64,000 nucleotides of DNA from the human T2T-CHM13v2.0 reference genome, Homo sapiens: NCBI RefSeq assembly GCF_009914755.1, contig NC_060927.1; one strand, written 5' to 3'. How positions within the stretch are numbered: the stretch's first letter is position 1; each line of letters starts with the position of its first letter. The translations under genes and the position numbers were made by a program. The notes under the pieces were generated by a model. The model did not search any database. It was not told the DNA's origin and worked only from the letters and a program-made list of their open reading frames with translations. Of this stretch, positions 26,761 to 41,040 are shown piece after piece.

Positions 26761-28960
26761 ATGTCTTCCTGACTTGTCCTCTCTCCCACCTTCTTCCTTA
26801 CCTTTAGCTCACCGGATTGAGCACAGGGTTACTATCCCCTGTGGAAAGTGGCACAGTACCTTGCTCAATAAATAGAAGTTTAAGTGCTTGTGCCAATTAA
26901 GTGATACAAATAAGCAGTGAAATAGAATCAGAGAAAGAGATGACTCATAGTTGGAGAGGTGAGGGAAGTTAATGGAGACGGTAGGATTTAAGCTGAACGC
27001 TGATGTAGGGGTCAGCATTCTGACCCTGATTGATGGCAGGCCCCGACACGTTGCCCACAGGCAGGGAACATTGGTTGGCTGGAGTGGAGACTGCACCAGA
27101 GCATTGGGAAGCAGAGCAGGAAAGGCAGCCTGGGGTCAGGCTGTAAAGGGCCTTCAAGGCTTCATGCGGTGTGGGGCTTTATCCTTTGAGCATGTAGGAG
27201 CCCTGGAGTCTGGGTTGCTACAAGGGGTAAATTTGAGATTGGGAAAACTGGAGTCCAGGGACCCAAAGAGAATACTGGAAAACTGATGAAATCCTGTTAC
27301 CTAAACCAGCATTTCCTAAACTGTTCCTCTGAATATGAATGATCCTCCTGGTGTTGCTTAATATTTGCTGGTTGGTGGGTGGGGGTGTATGGTTTCTCCC
27401 ACTAAGAAAATGAGTGGAGAATTATGATATCTCAGGCTTCCCCCATGGAGATGACCATGTATCCTGACTTCACAGTCCTCTACTTTAAAAGTCTGTTTAG
27501 AACTTTGTTAAATTAGTGTTTCCCAAATTTAATTGAACACTGACCCCCTTTTTTTTTTTCATGAAATGTCTGTAAATATCTTACAAAACACAGTTTAAGA
27601 AACTGTGCCCTAAACAATTCTAAACCAAGAGTATTGTAACGAAAGAACAAGTCAAGTTTGGCTCTTTCTCAGTGCTTAGCTGATCCTAGGACACTGTCAT
27701 CAGGCAGTTGCCAGATAAGAACCATGTTGTTTCACACTGTGTGGTGTTGAATCTTCTGAGCATGGATCTTGCAGGACATCAGCAGTTGTTTACATTCAGA
27801 ATGCCAGGTTTCTGTTCCATCACGTCCGTCTCTTCTGTTCATTGTGAGCATCTCCACAAACATCCTCTGTTGCCTGCACCCAGCACATGGTGATTCCCAA
27901 CCTTCGTGGAAGTGCAGCCCTGTATTTATTCTCCTTCTCTATCCTCAAAAGATGTGTTACGTAGGATGTTATATATGTAAAAGAAGGTGAATTGAAATAA
28001 GGTGTTTTTTTTTTAAAACAACAGCCCTTGAAAAATTTCGGAGCATCTTTGACAAACAAAACCAGGGTTGGGATTCATCGAGCTACGTGGTCATACCATC
28101 TTTCCCCCTCATTTTTACTCAGTTAAAATTGTTAGTCGTGTGGAATAAAATTATCTTGCTGGGCTATTTATGCCTGAATCAACATAAATCTTGCATACTT
28201 TCAGAAAGTAATTCAGTTTCAAATCTTGATAGTACTACTTATTCACTTGTTTAATAAATTTTAATTTATTAAACTGTCAGCTAACTGTTACAAAGCAGGA
28301 TGAGCTGATGATGGGATGATTGCCACTTAAAAGTTTTTAGCAATTTATGATAAATGATGCTTTTTTCAAAGATAAGTATGGAGTGGATCTATGTAGAGTG
28401 CTTAGAACCTGGCACATAGTAAAGCATACGTAAAGTGTTTGCTGCCATTGTTGTTGTTACTGAACATTGGGGTGAGGTCCTGCCTGATTGTTATTTCCCA
28501 GTCTTAAAGATAATTCATACTCCACTTATCTCAATTGTTGGACATTGTTCATTGAAATTGCAGGCTAGACATTTTTAATTGAAATTGCAGGAGCATTTCA
28601 CCTAAAGAAAAACTCCATGCAGAATTGGAATTCATTACATTCCTGAGTGGTTGATGGAAATCATTTTGACCATAATAAATGATTAAAATGAAACATTAAA
28701 AGTAGATTTACATAATATCCAGCTTCTTAATTTATATAATTATTTTACTAGACCTCTAATTTAGGATACAAGGCTTTAAAATAATTTTGGATGGTTATAC
28801 TCTAGTAAATTAAAGCCTTTCATATGTTTCCCATATTATAGAAAAACATGTAGGTTTATATATGTTACCTTTGATTTGAAAGTGCTTGTTGTAATGTTCT
28901 AATGCTTTTCAGAAGTCCATATCTTTAAACAACTGATGTTTTCTGCTTCACCTCCCGCAG

Positions 28961-29094
28961 CTTACTGAAACAAATGCAGGTATCAAGTGCTTGGACTCCA
29001 TGTGCTGTTTCCCGGAAGGAGAAGCAGCGTGTGCATCTGTTGGAAGAATGCTGGAACGAGTTATAGGAAGATGTAGTCCAACCCACATCAGCAG
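28961..29094 (+). CDS. ATP11B: ATP11B penultimate coding exon: LTETNAGIKCLDSMCCFPEGEAACASVGRMLERVIGRCSPTHIS(R)
   Basis: cctcccgcag acceptor, ag|gtgtga donor at 29095; 134 nt; in frame with exon 13707-13872. Confidence 0.93.
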
Positions 29095-29174
29095 GTGTGA
29101 AATCTCTCTAAGTAGCCTTTGCTGCAGATGAGTATCCTATCTGGAACAGGATGAACCTGCCGCTCTAGATACCT

Positions 29175-29180
29175 AATAAA
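29175..29180 (+). terminator. Candidate intronic poly(A) signal for an ATP11B read-through isoform
   Basis: AATAAA 44 nt after in-frame TGA 29129-29131; ATTAAA also at 29684-29689. Confidence 0.4.
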
Positions 29181-32100
29181 TCAGCAGCTGGTTTTACCAA
29201 CTGAAGCAGGAAGTCTGCTATTTATTAGCACTCTTTGGTGGTAGATTTCACTTTGTGGCTTTGGGGTAAGGGCTTTTTCACTCACAAAGGAAGAGAAAGC
29301 ACCTTTGAAGAGACTTCATCTAATGAACAAAAAATTTTGTTTCATAATCTTTCTAAAATGTGCTCAGTAGGAGTGTGTTTATGGTACTCTTTTATGGTTT
29401 GTATAACTTTCTTTTTTAAATTATACATATACTATTTCCTTTTTATTTTTTTAAAATTTTTTTGCTTTTTGTCTTTACAAAATAATCTCAACATAACAGT
29501 GAAGTCAAAGGCTTTCCTTTTCTTACTCTGTATGTATATTTTCCAGTTGGTTATTTGAGGCTTTGAGGTATTTATAAACACAAAAGGCTGTATTTCTGCT
29601 CCCCTACCTCTTCTTATGTCTGTAATGAAGTTTTGAAATGAGTCATGATTTTTAAGTTTCTTTTGCTTGGTATTTATTGCCTAATTAAAAGTGTATGAGT
29701 TAGAACAGGCTTTTTAAATTATGGAGTAAAAGAATCTTAGCATTTTTGTCCCCTCCTAAATCTGTTTCTTGAATGAGATTTATCACCATGCCTGCTGTTG
29801 TGCACCATAACGAAAAAAAACACCTTTTGGTAAACACCATTTAAAATTCATTTAAACTTGCAATGGATTTATTTATTCATACATTTCCCCAAGAGTTATA
29901 TCACTATTTAGAGGATGTTAGGGGGTAGAAAGAGCTTTTTCCACACTTGGTGTTCTTTAGGTGAATGATACCATATTCTCAAAATCAGGGCAGCAGTACA
30001 CGGTATGCATGGAGGTACAAATGGGCAGGGAGAGATGTTGGTTGCCATTGTCCCAAATGTGCTACATGAATATTAGCACTTTCTACATGTGCCAGGGCTT
30101 GGAAAAGGTTGGAAATTACCCCAGGAACAGGTTATAAAGAGTGAAGAAGGCACTACTCCTATCTACTGGAAAAAGGATTTTTATTATTTGGTTAGCTTTG
30201 TGTTTTAAAAAAATGATGAGTATGATATCATTCATCTGTTATAAAATTCAGGTAACTTTTACTGGTGAACTTGTTAGTTCTCACTTTAGCTTTAGCTTAG
30301 CCATGCCTTTATGATACAATTGAATTTATAAATAGCATTCTTATGTTAACATAATGTCTGTGGTTTCAATCCCCGTTTATTCTGACTTGATTATAACGTG
30401 ATCTGAAATATTTCCATAATGCTGTGATACCATTTTGTAGTAATTTCATTCCACGTAGAAGGATGAGCACTTAAACTCTGGGACTTTGTTATGATTTACA
30501 TAATTGTATTATAAAATGTGGCTCTGTCATGTACCTAGGCCAGCAAATTTCCCAAAGAGCTTGATTTATAATACTATTTTACCTAATAACATAGCTTCAT
30601 TGCACAGAATCAAGATAGGAGTTAGACTAAGATACAATAGAACCTCTACAGAATTTTTTCAACTTCTCCTTCAATGGAAATTTCTCTTTAATGACAATAT
30701 ACGTTTTTGTTAATGATTTTTTTAAAACTAGAATTAATTTTAAATGAGCCCCAGATTTTTTCTGCTATATACATATATCCATTTTCTTGATATCGATTAT
30801 GGTAATATGCCCCCATTATTCTTTACATAGCCATTTTGATGCAGCATTACCTCTTTTGAACCTGCCCCAGGAGTTATTGAATTTACTTTTACATGTTCTC
30901 TTGAAGGTAGCTATTATCATCTATACTTCTTTTCACTTAAAATTGCGCCATATTGTTTTTTTCTGAATTTTTTTATTCTCCTAATAAAATGTTTAACTTA
31001 GTAATTAATATCATATTAGACTATAAATGCCCTTCCAGGTTTCTCCAACATCACAGGTTATATTATTGGTTACTATTATTTTCTTACCCTTTTTCTCATG
31101 TGAATAATCTAGAAGGTCTTTTCAGACCTGTTCATTCTTTTCTAGGGGATAAAGTCATATAATAACACCAAGCTACCTGGTGCTTTTCAAGGGCTATGTG
31201 AAAATTGCCATAGATGCATCAATATTGTATTTAAACTTGCAAAGTCATTTTGATACATAGAGTTCTCTTTTTGTTTACATATAATTGTATTTGTGAAATG
31301 TGTTGGGCATTTCCATTGTGACTTTAGAGTAGCATCTATTCTATGTTTCTATTTCATGTCTAATTTAAGAGGTGGGGCAAGTCTGAGACTGCCATTCCAA
31401 GATGTAGAAGCCCTTAGCTGTGTGTTCCATTGACATAGTAAAGTCAAGAGTAATGGGCATCACTTGAGAAATGCCACCAGTGTTTTTATGTGACAGATTT
31501 CTTTGGTGATTACATTTGTACCATCCAGGCACAAAAATTTGACTTACATTTTATTAATTGATGTTGTCAATGAAGTATCCCATATTGCAAGCTCAGTTTC
31601 AAAGAGAGCATCATGGTGCTATATAAAGAATATGCCATGTTGCACCCTAAAGAGCTGGATTTTAGCAATAAAAGATTTTCTGTTCGTGTATTACTAACAG
31701 TTAAGCTACTGTATCCTCATCAAAACTATCTTCTAAATAGAAAGTAATATGTAGTTCAAGTGTTTAATGTTCTGTCAAAAATTATATTTAACATATGAAT
31801 GCACATGTGTGCTTTGAAAAAAAATTTAAAATGAAGGAGACTTTACCTAATAAGATTATTCTGTGTAAGCAATGTGGAAAGAAGAAAAACTAATATAAAG
31901 TATTGGCAGTTTGGAATTGGACATCTGACTCCGGATAATTGGAGTACTGATAGCTGTTATAGTTAAAAGTTATAGTTAAAAGCATACTTGTCCCCTGTAA
32001 ATACTTACTCTTTAAGAAATTTTCATCTTCTCATTTTATTCATTTATTCTGCAAATACTGGGTGCCCAATATATGTCAGACACAGTTCTAGATGCTAGGG

Positions 32101-33122
32101 AGACAGTAGTGAACAAGTCCTTCCCTAACCTAAGGTAGATACTGTTCCAGCTTTTCTAGAAACTAGTCGAATTAAAGTTGAGCTACATACAAACTTAGCA
32201 TCTCTGGGAAAGAGAAAATATTTGACAAAGGTGAATTGGGGCCTTTTTTAACGCTCATCTCTTCCTGTAACATCTCTGTTTAGGGAAGGTGGGAACCCTG
32301 GAAAAAGTTACATAAAATGTATTTATTGTTAAATGTGTTTAGTCTCATAAGAAAAGCAGTCTTTCACTTGGTAATCCTAATACTGTCCTTGAACTAGGTT
32401 AGTCTATTTTAAGCATGGCAGGCTACTTTTGGTCTTGAGTTATTTTAGCTTAAATTAACTCAAGCTAATTTAAGTTTACAGCTGCACATAAAGTATTATG
32501 TAATGACTTGCTTTAGGGCCTTATCATTCAAACACCAGTTAACTTTTCCAGACCAGTAGAGGATCGTTTGTCCTTATTAAGTGAAAACGCTAGTGACCTA
32601 CAGGTGTCTTTGATGCCTTTTGAATACATCATTCGCTACATTCAAGCTAATTATGCGGAAGTCTTTAGAATAGGATTTATAGCTGAAATGAAATGATCAA
32701 TAATAGGAACATACTACTGTTTCATTCCAAAGCCTTTGGTAAGTGGGATTTGGGTTTGTTTTTGTAAACTGAACTTTTCAGTAAAACAATGTGCATAACT
32801 CTTAATAACATACTTCTTATTGAATTGTTAACACTTTAAAAGCAGCTCATGCTTTACTACATATAGAAACTGTTTTAATGCTAATGAATGTTTGAATTTT
32901 GGCTAATATTTTTATATGATGACTAGAGCATTATTTTTCCCAAGTTTTTATATAATATAAATAGAAAGTTTGGGCATTCGATACTAGTATGAAGAACCTC
33001 TCTTTAGTATTTAAATGAATCAATCAGTGATTGCATTTGGGTCCTAAGTTTTAGAGTAAATTTTTTTCTCAATTAAAACATAGGTCCTGGTGAGCCAAAC
33101 TTTTCTCTTATTGTTACTTTAG

Positions 33123-33204
33123 ATCATGGAGTGCATCGGATCCTTTCTATACCAACGACAGGAGCATCTTGACTCTCTCCACAATGGACTCATCTACTTG
33201 TTAA
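33123..33204 (+). CDS. ATP11B: ATP11B final coding segment: (R)SWSASDPFYTNDRSILTLSTMDSSTC*
   Basis: tactttag acceptor ends 33122; AG|A = Arg; TAA at 33202-33204; matches the human ATP11B C-terminus as I recall it. Confidence 0.95.
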
Positions 33205-36200
33205 AGGGGCAGTAGTACTTTGTGGGAGCCAGTTCACCTCCTTTCCTAAAATTCAGTGTGATCACCCTGTTAATGGCCACACTAGCTCTGAAATTAATTT
33301 CCAAAATCTTTGTAGTAGTTCATACCCACTCAGAGTTATAATGGCAAACAAACAGAAAGCATTAGTACAAGCCCCTCCCAACACCCTTAATTTGAATCTG
33401 AACATGTTAAAATTTGAGAATAAAGAGACATTTTTCATCTCTTTGTCTGGTTTGTCCCTTGTGCTTATGGGACTCCTAATGGCATTTCAGTCTGTTGCTG
33501 AGGCCATTATATTTTAATATAAATGTAGAAAAAAGAGAGAAATCTTAGTAAAGAGTATTTTTTAGTATTAGCTTGATTATTGACTCTTCTATTTAAATCT
33601 GCTTCTGTAAATTATGCTGAAAGTTTGCCTTGAGAACTCTATTTTTTTATTAGAGTTATATTTAAAGCTTTTCATGGGAAAAGTTAATGTGAATACTGAG
33701 GAATTTTGGTCCCTCAGTGACCTGTGTTGTTAATTCATTAATGCATTCTGAGTTCACAGAGCAAATTAGGAGAATCATTTCCAACCATTATTTACTGCAG
33801 TATGGGGAGTAAATTTATACCAATTCCTCTAACTGTACTGTAACACAGCCTGTAAAGTTAGCCATATAAATGCAAGGGTATATCATATATACAAATCAGG
33901 AATCAGGTCCGTTCACCGAACTTCAAATTGATGTTTACTAATATTTTTGTGACAGAGTATAAAGACCCTATAGTGGGTAAATTAGATACTATTAGCATAT
34001 TATTAATTTAATGTCTTTATCATTGGATCTTTTGCATGCTTTAATCTGGTTAACATATTTAAATTTGCTTTTTTTCTCTTTACCTGAAGGCTCTGTGTAT
34101 AGTATTTCATGACATCGTTGTACAGTTTAACTATATCAATAAAAAGTTTGGACAGTATTTAAATATTGCAAATATGTTTAATTATACAAATCAGAATAGT
34201 ATGGGTAATTAAATGAATACAAAAAGAAGAGCCTCTTTCTGCAGCCGACTTAGACATGCTCTTCCCTTTCTATAAGCTAGATTTTAGAATAAAGGGTTTC
34301 AGTTAATAATCTTATTTTCAGGTTATGTCATCTAACTTATAGCAAACTACCACAATACAGTGAGTTCTGCCAGTGTCCCAGTACAAGGCATATTTCAGGT
34401 GTGGCTGTGGAATGTAAAAATGCTCAACTTGTATCAGGTAATGTTAGCAATAAATTAAATGCTAAGAATGATTAATCGGGTACATGTTACTGTAATTAAC
34501 TCATTGCACTTCAAAACCTAACTTCCATCCTGAATTTATCAAGTAGTTCAGTATTGTCATTTGTTTTTGTTTTATTGAAAAGTAATGTTGTCTTAAGATT
34601 TAGAAGTGATTATTAGCTTGAGAACTATTACCCAGCTCTAAGCAAATAATGATTGTATACATATTAAGATAATGGTTAAATGCGGTTTTACCAAGTTTTC
34701 CCTTGAAAATGTAATTCCTTTATGGAGATTTATTGTGCAGCCCTAAGCTTCCTTCCCATTTCATGAATATAAGGCTTCTAGAATTGGACTGGCAGGGGAA
34801 AGAATGGTAGAGACAGAAATTAAGACTTTATCCTTGTTTGCTTGTAAACTATTATTTTCTTGCTAATGTAACATTTGTCTGTTCCAGTGATGTAAGGATA
34901 TTAAGTTATTAAGCTAAATATTAATTTTCAAAAATAGTCCTTCTTTAACTTAGATATTTCATAGCTGGATTTAGGAAGATCTGTTATTCTGGAAGTACTA
35001 AAAAGAATAATACAACGTACAATGTCTGCATTCACTAATTCATGTTCCAGAAGAGGAAATAATGAAGATATACTCAGTAGAGTACTAGGTGGGAGGATAT
35101 GGAAATTTGCTCATAAAATCTCTTATAAAACGTGCATATAACAAAATGACACCCAGTAGGCCTGCATTACATTTACATGACCGTGTTTATTTGCCATCAA
35201 ATAAACTGAGTACTGACACCAGACAAAGACTCCAAAGTCATAAAATAGCCTATGACCAACTGCAGCAAGACAGGAGGTCAGCTCGCCTATAATGGTGCTT
35301 AAAGTGTGATTGATGTAATTTTCTGTACTCACCATTTGAAGTTAGTTAAGGAGAACTTTATTTTTTTAAAAAAAGTAAATGGCAACCACTAGTGTGCTCA
35401 TCCTGAACTGTTACTCCAAATCCACTCCGTTTTTAAAGCAAAATTATCTTGTGATTTTAAGAAAAGAGTTTTCTATTTATTTAAGAAAGTAACAATGCAG
35501 TCTGCAAGCTTTCAGTAGTTTTCTAGTGCTATATTCATCCTGTAAAACTCTTACTACGTAACCAGTAATCACAAGGAAAGTGTCCCCTTTGCATATTTCT
35601 TTAAAATTCTTTCTTTGGAAAGTATGATGTTGATAATTAACTTACCCTTATCTGCCAAAACCAGAGCAAAATGCTAAATACGTTATTGCTAATCAGTGGT
35701 CTCAAATCGATTTGCCTCCCTTTGCCTCGTCTGAGGGCTGTAAGCCTGAAGATAGTGGCAAGCACCAAGTCAGTTTCCAAAATTGCCCCTCAGCTGCTTT
35801 AAGTGACTCAGCACCCTGCCTCAGCTTCAGCAGGCGTAGGCTCACCCTGGGCGGAGCAAAGTATGGGCCAGGGAGAACTACAGCTACGAAGACCTGCTGT
35901 CGAGTTGAGAAAAGGGGAGAATTTATGGTCTGAATTTTCTAACTGTCCTCTTTCTTGGGTCTAAAGCTCATAATACACAAAGGCTTCCAGACCTGAGCCA
36001 CACCCAGGCCCTATCCTGAACAGGAGACTAAACAGAGGCAAATCAACCCTAGGAAATACTTGCATTCTGCCCTACGGTTAGTACCAGGACTGAGGTCATT
36101 TCTACTGGAAAAGATTGTGAGATTGAACTTATCTGATCGCTTGAGACTCCTAATAGGCAGGAGTCAAGGCCACTAGAAAATTGACAGTTAAGAGCCAAAA

Positions 36201-36733
36201 GTTTTTAAAATATGCTACTCTGAAAAATCTCGTGAAGGCTGTAGGAAAAGGGAGAATCTTCCATGTTGGTGTTTTTCCTGTAAAGATCAGTTTGGGGTAT
36301 GATATAAGCAGGTATTAATAAAAATAACACACCAAAGAGTTACGTAAAACATGTTTTATTAATTTTGGTCCCCACGTACAGACATTTTATTTCTATTTTG
36401 AAATGAGTTATCTATTTTCATAAAAGTAAAACACTATTAAAGTGCTGTTTTATGTGAAATAACTTGAATGTTGTTCCTATAAAAAATAGATCATAACTCA
36501 TGATATGTTTGTAATCATGGTAATTTAGATTTTTATGAGGAATGAGTATCTGGAAATATTGTAGCAATACTTGGTTTAAAATTTTGGACCTGAGACACTG
36601 TGGCTGTCTAATGTAATCCTTTAAAAATTCTCTGCATTGTCAGTAAATGTAGTATATTATTGTACAGCTACTCATAATTTTTTAAAGTTTATGAAGTTAT
36701 ATTTATCAAATAAAAACTTTCCTATATAATTAA
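33205..36733 (+). other. ATP11B: ATP11B 3'UTR (~3.5 kb)
   Basis: AU-rich stretch with no recognisable interspersed repeat, following the stop codon and ending after AATAAA 36709-36714; end approximate. Confidence 0.75.
36709..36714 (+). terminator. Probable distal poly(A) signal of ATP11B
   Basis: AATAAA with upstream TGTA motifs and downstream GT/T-rich sequence (gtgttccttttatt). Confidence 0.7.
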
Positions 36734-39236
36734 AAGTGTTCCTTTATTTAAGCATTTTAAGCCTGTCTCTGTTTATCACAACCTGCACTGCCAAACTTGT
36801 TTCAAGTTAAGTTTTACTGTATTTACCCTTCATTATAGCACAGGGATATCATTTATGCCTTTCACTGACTGCAGTTTTTTAAAATGTAGTTCTTACCCAG
36901 CTTTTATAGATCATCATCAGTACAACTCCTGGAAAAGGCTCTGATAGGAATGTGCCAGCTGTAGATACCAGCATACCTCAACTAGAAATTGCATCATTCA
37001 TGAAAAGCCAGCCAAGAGCACTTGTGAATTTGGAAATGGCCTGGTTCATAGAAAATATGTGCTTTTTTAAAAATATAGGACTGATTGATTGATTGATAAT
37101 AGAATGTATACGTCCATATAAAATATTCCAGCTTCCTGACAACCAGTTATTTGCACTGCTTCCTCGGTTGCAAGTTAGAACAGACATAATTGTCTAATCT
37201 ACATCTGCTTAAAAAGTTAAGCTGTTGTCTTTGCCCAGTTTTTAGTATTTGCAAAGGATGACAATGCATGATTTATGTAATGTATTTTTGAGATGTAATA
37301 AGAATACGATCCTAGACAAATCAGTTTAGGCATCTGTTTTTATATTTAAAAAGGAGTGTTTGGACTATCTTTAGGGCGACTACTGTCTTTAACTTCTAAT
37401 ATACAAGTAGAACATGATGAATAATGAATAAATTATTTAGGACAAAAAAATTTTATTAGAAGCATCTCACTAGAAAATTAATTAGTGAATTCAAAAACAA
37501 TTCAAGTTTTATATTGAAGAGCTAACTGACTCAAAGGAAAGGCTATTGTAAATGGAGATAAGTAAGTCACCACACCTCTCTATGAACAGCCAGAGAGCCC
37601 TGTGATAAATCAAATTTTTAAATACTAATTTAAGGGAAAATGGTTTGTATTCAGATGTAATTTGTACACAGTAAAATGTATCGATTTTAGGATTATAGTT
37701 ACTCACTTTTGATAACTCTCTACACCCATGTAACCCTAACCCAATCCAGGTTAAGAACCCTTCCGTCATTCCTCAAGGGTCCCTTGTGCCTTTTGCAGTG
37801 AATTTATTCCCCTCTTGGTCCTGTCCCAGCAACCATTTTCTGATTTCTGTTGTCTTAGATGATTAGTTTTGCCTACTCTTGAATTTTATGTAAATGAAAT
37901 ACACAGTGTGTCACCTTTGTGTCTGGCGTTGTTGCTCAGCGTCTCTGTGGGACTCACTCATCTACGTTGTGCCAGGACCCATAGTTTTCTTTTTGCTACT
38001 CGGTAGTGTTTCATTGCATGAATGTACCACAATTTGTCCTTTCTCCTCTTTATGGACATTTGTTCTTTTACAGTTTGGGGCTGTTGTTAAATAAAGTTAT
38101 AATGAACATTCTTTGTGGACTTATGTTTTCACTTGTTTTGTGAAATAACTAGGAGTAGAATTGCAGGGTCATAGGGTAGGTTTATGTTTGTTTATAAGAA
38201 ACTATCAAAAAGTTTTCCACAGTGGCTGTAGGTACTATTTTACACTGCCACCAGCAACTATGAGAGTTCCAGTTGCCAACATTTGGTGGTGTCTTTTTAA
38301 TTTTAGCCATTCTAATAAAGCATCTCACTATGGTTATCATTTCCATGATGATGTTTTTAATCCTTTTTTCGTATGCTCATTGGTGATTTATGATTTTTTC
38401 AAAATGTCTGTTCAAGTCTGGCCATTTTCTCATTAGGCTACTTTTCTTGTTACTGAATGGTAGGAATCCTTAAGGTAAGGATATAAGTCCTTTGTCTTAT
38501 GTATGTATTGCTAGCATTTTTCCCCCAGTTTGTGGCTTGCCTATTTATTTTCTTAATTGTCACTCTGGGGAGCAGAAGTGTTGTATTTTGATGAAGTCCA
38601 ATTTTTTTTCCTTTTATAGTTAGTTAGTTAGTTTTAGGTGATTTTCATGACTTCTAAAAACTCTGTCAACCCCAAGGTCATGAAGAAATTTTCCCATGTT
38701 TTCTTCTGAAAGCATTAGTCTTCTTAACTTTTATGTTTAGGTCAAAGATGATATCTCATATTCATTTGAGTATGATGCAAGGCAGCAAGGAATGAGGATC
38801 TTCCTTCCCTGCAACTCCCCCCCACCCCACAAGGTTATCTGGTTTAACTCCATTTCTTTCTTTAAAATATTCTCCTCCTCCATCGAATTGTATGGTGCCT
38901 CTGTTTAAAATGAATTGACTTTTCTACAAAAAAAAAAAAAAAAAAGGAAAACCTGATGTGGTTTTCATTTGTATTGCTCTGAATCTATACATCAATTTGG
39001 AAAGAACAGACATCTCAACAATATTGAGTCCTCCAATCCATGAACATGGTGTATCCATTTATTTAGGTTGTCTTTAATTTATCTCAGTGATGTTTGGTAG
39101 TCTTTAGGTATCTGGCAAATACTTTGTTAAAGTCCTAATTTTTTATGATTTTTTTATGCTATGGTAAGGGGAATCACTTTCAAATTTATTTTCCTATTAG
39201 CCTTACTAGAACACAGAAATAAAATATGAAATAAGG

Positions 39237-39587
<351 letters not shown>

Positions 39588-39914
39588 CTACAACCCTTCT
39601 ATATTCACTCATTTGTTCCAGTAGGTTTTTTACTCCTTTTGTATAGAATCCTTTGGATTTTCACATACACAGTCACGTCATCTGAGAACTAAAAGGTTAA
39701 TTTTTTTCTTTCCAATCTTTATGCCTAAAATTACTTGTTACTGCCCCGCACACTGGCTAGTACAGTGTGCTTAATACTGGTACAGTGTTATATAGGCATG
39801 GTTAAAACCATGAATAGGTGTTGAATTTTGAAAAATGCTTTTTTTTCCATTTACTGAGAGGATCATGTGATTTAATTTTTTTAGTTTGATAATACAGTGA
39901 ATTACCTTGGCTGA

Positions 39915-40215
39915 TTTTGGTTTTTTGTTTAAGAGACAGAGTCACCCCCTGTTGCCTAGGCTGGAGTGCAGTGGCAGACTTATGGCTCCACTGCAGCCTG
40001 GAACTCCTGGGCTCAAGCAGTCCTCCCACTTCAGCCTCCCAAGTAGCTAGGATTACAGGCACTCACCACCACACCCAGCCGATTTTTAAATTTTTTGTAG
40101 AGACAAGAGTATCACTATGTTGCCCAGGCTGATCTCCAACTCCTGGGCTTAAGCAATCCTCCCACCTCAGCCCCCCAGAATGCTGGGACTACAAGCATGA
40201 GCCACCATACCCAGT
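39915..40215 (-). mobile_element. Alu (AluJ-like)
   Basis: Reverse Alu; taccttgg(c/t)tgatttt on both flanks. Confidence 0.9.
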
Positions 40216-40469
40216 CTACCTTGGTTGATTTTCAAATGGTAAACCAACTTTGCATCCCTAAAATAAATCCCACTTGGTTGTGATGTTTCTTACTACACTA
40301 TGACCACCGCCCCTCACCCCCATTTATATCTACTTCCTCAGAAAATAGACCTGCCTTTAAAGTATATCCAGAATTCAAATGCATTAATATTTAGAGTGTT
40401 TGTCAACCTGGTCGTCATCCTGGTCTAAGTCACCATCATCTCAGGATAACTGCAGTAACTCTTTAACTG

Positions 40470-41040
40470 ACATATTACTTCCCTATTGCTGCATAAAAAA
40501 TTTCCCCAAAATTTCGCATCATAAAACAATAGACTTTATCCCAGTTTCTGTGGATCCAGGATATGGGTGCAGATTATCTGGGTACCAAAGCCTCAAGGTC
40601 TTTCACAAGGCTGCAGTCAAGCTGTCAGTCAGAGCTGCAGTATCACCTGAAGGCTCAACTGAGATTAAACCTGCAGCCAAGCTCATTAATGTGATTGTTT
40701 GTATTATTTAGTTCTTTATGGGTTGCTGTACTAAGGACTTTCAGTTTCTTACTGGCTGGTTGGCCAGAGACTGCTCTCAGTTCCTTCCCTCACGGACCTC
40801 TCGAAAAGGCAGCTTACAAAATGGCAGCTGGCTTGCAACCAAGTGAGCAAGAGAGGGCATGCAAGATGGAAGCTATTTATAACCTAATCTCAGAAGTGAT
40901 GCCTCATCACTTTGCCATATTCTACTCATTAGAAGCAAGTCAGTAAGTCCAGACCATACGCAAGGGGAAGAGATTACACAAGAGTGTGAATCCCAGAAGG
41001 CAGGGACCATTGGGGGCATTTTAGAGGCTGCCTACCACAA
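40470..41040. mobile_element. MLT1-type MaLR LTR inserted in L2
   Basis: attacttccctattgctgcataa start; ggggcattttagaggctgcctaccaca end. Confidence 0.75.

Noticed and set aside
26972-27286. 104-aa + strand ORF in an ATP11B intron
   Set aside because: Lies in purine-rich, L2-like degenerate sequence; no recognisable domain or convincing splice sites
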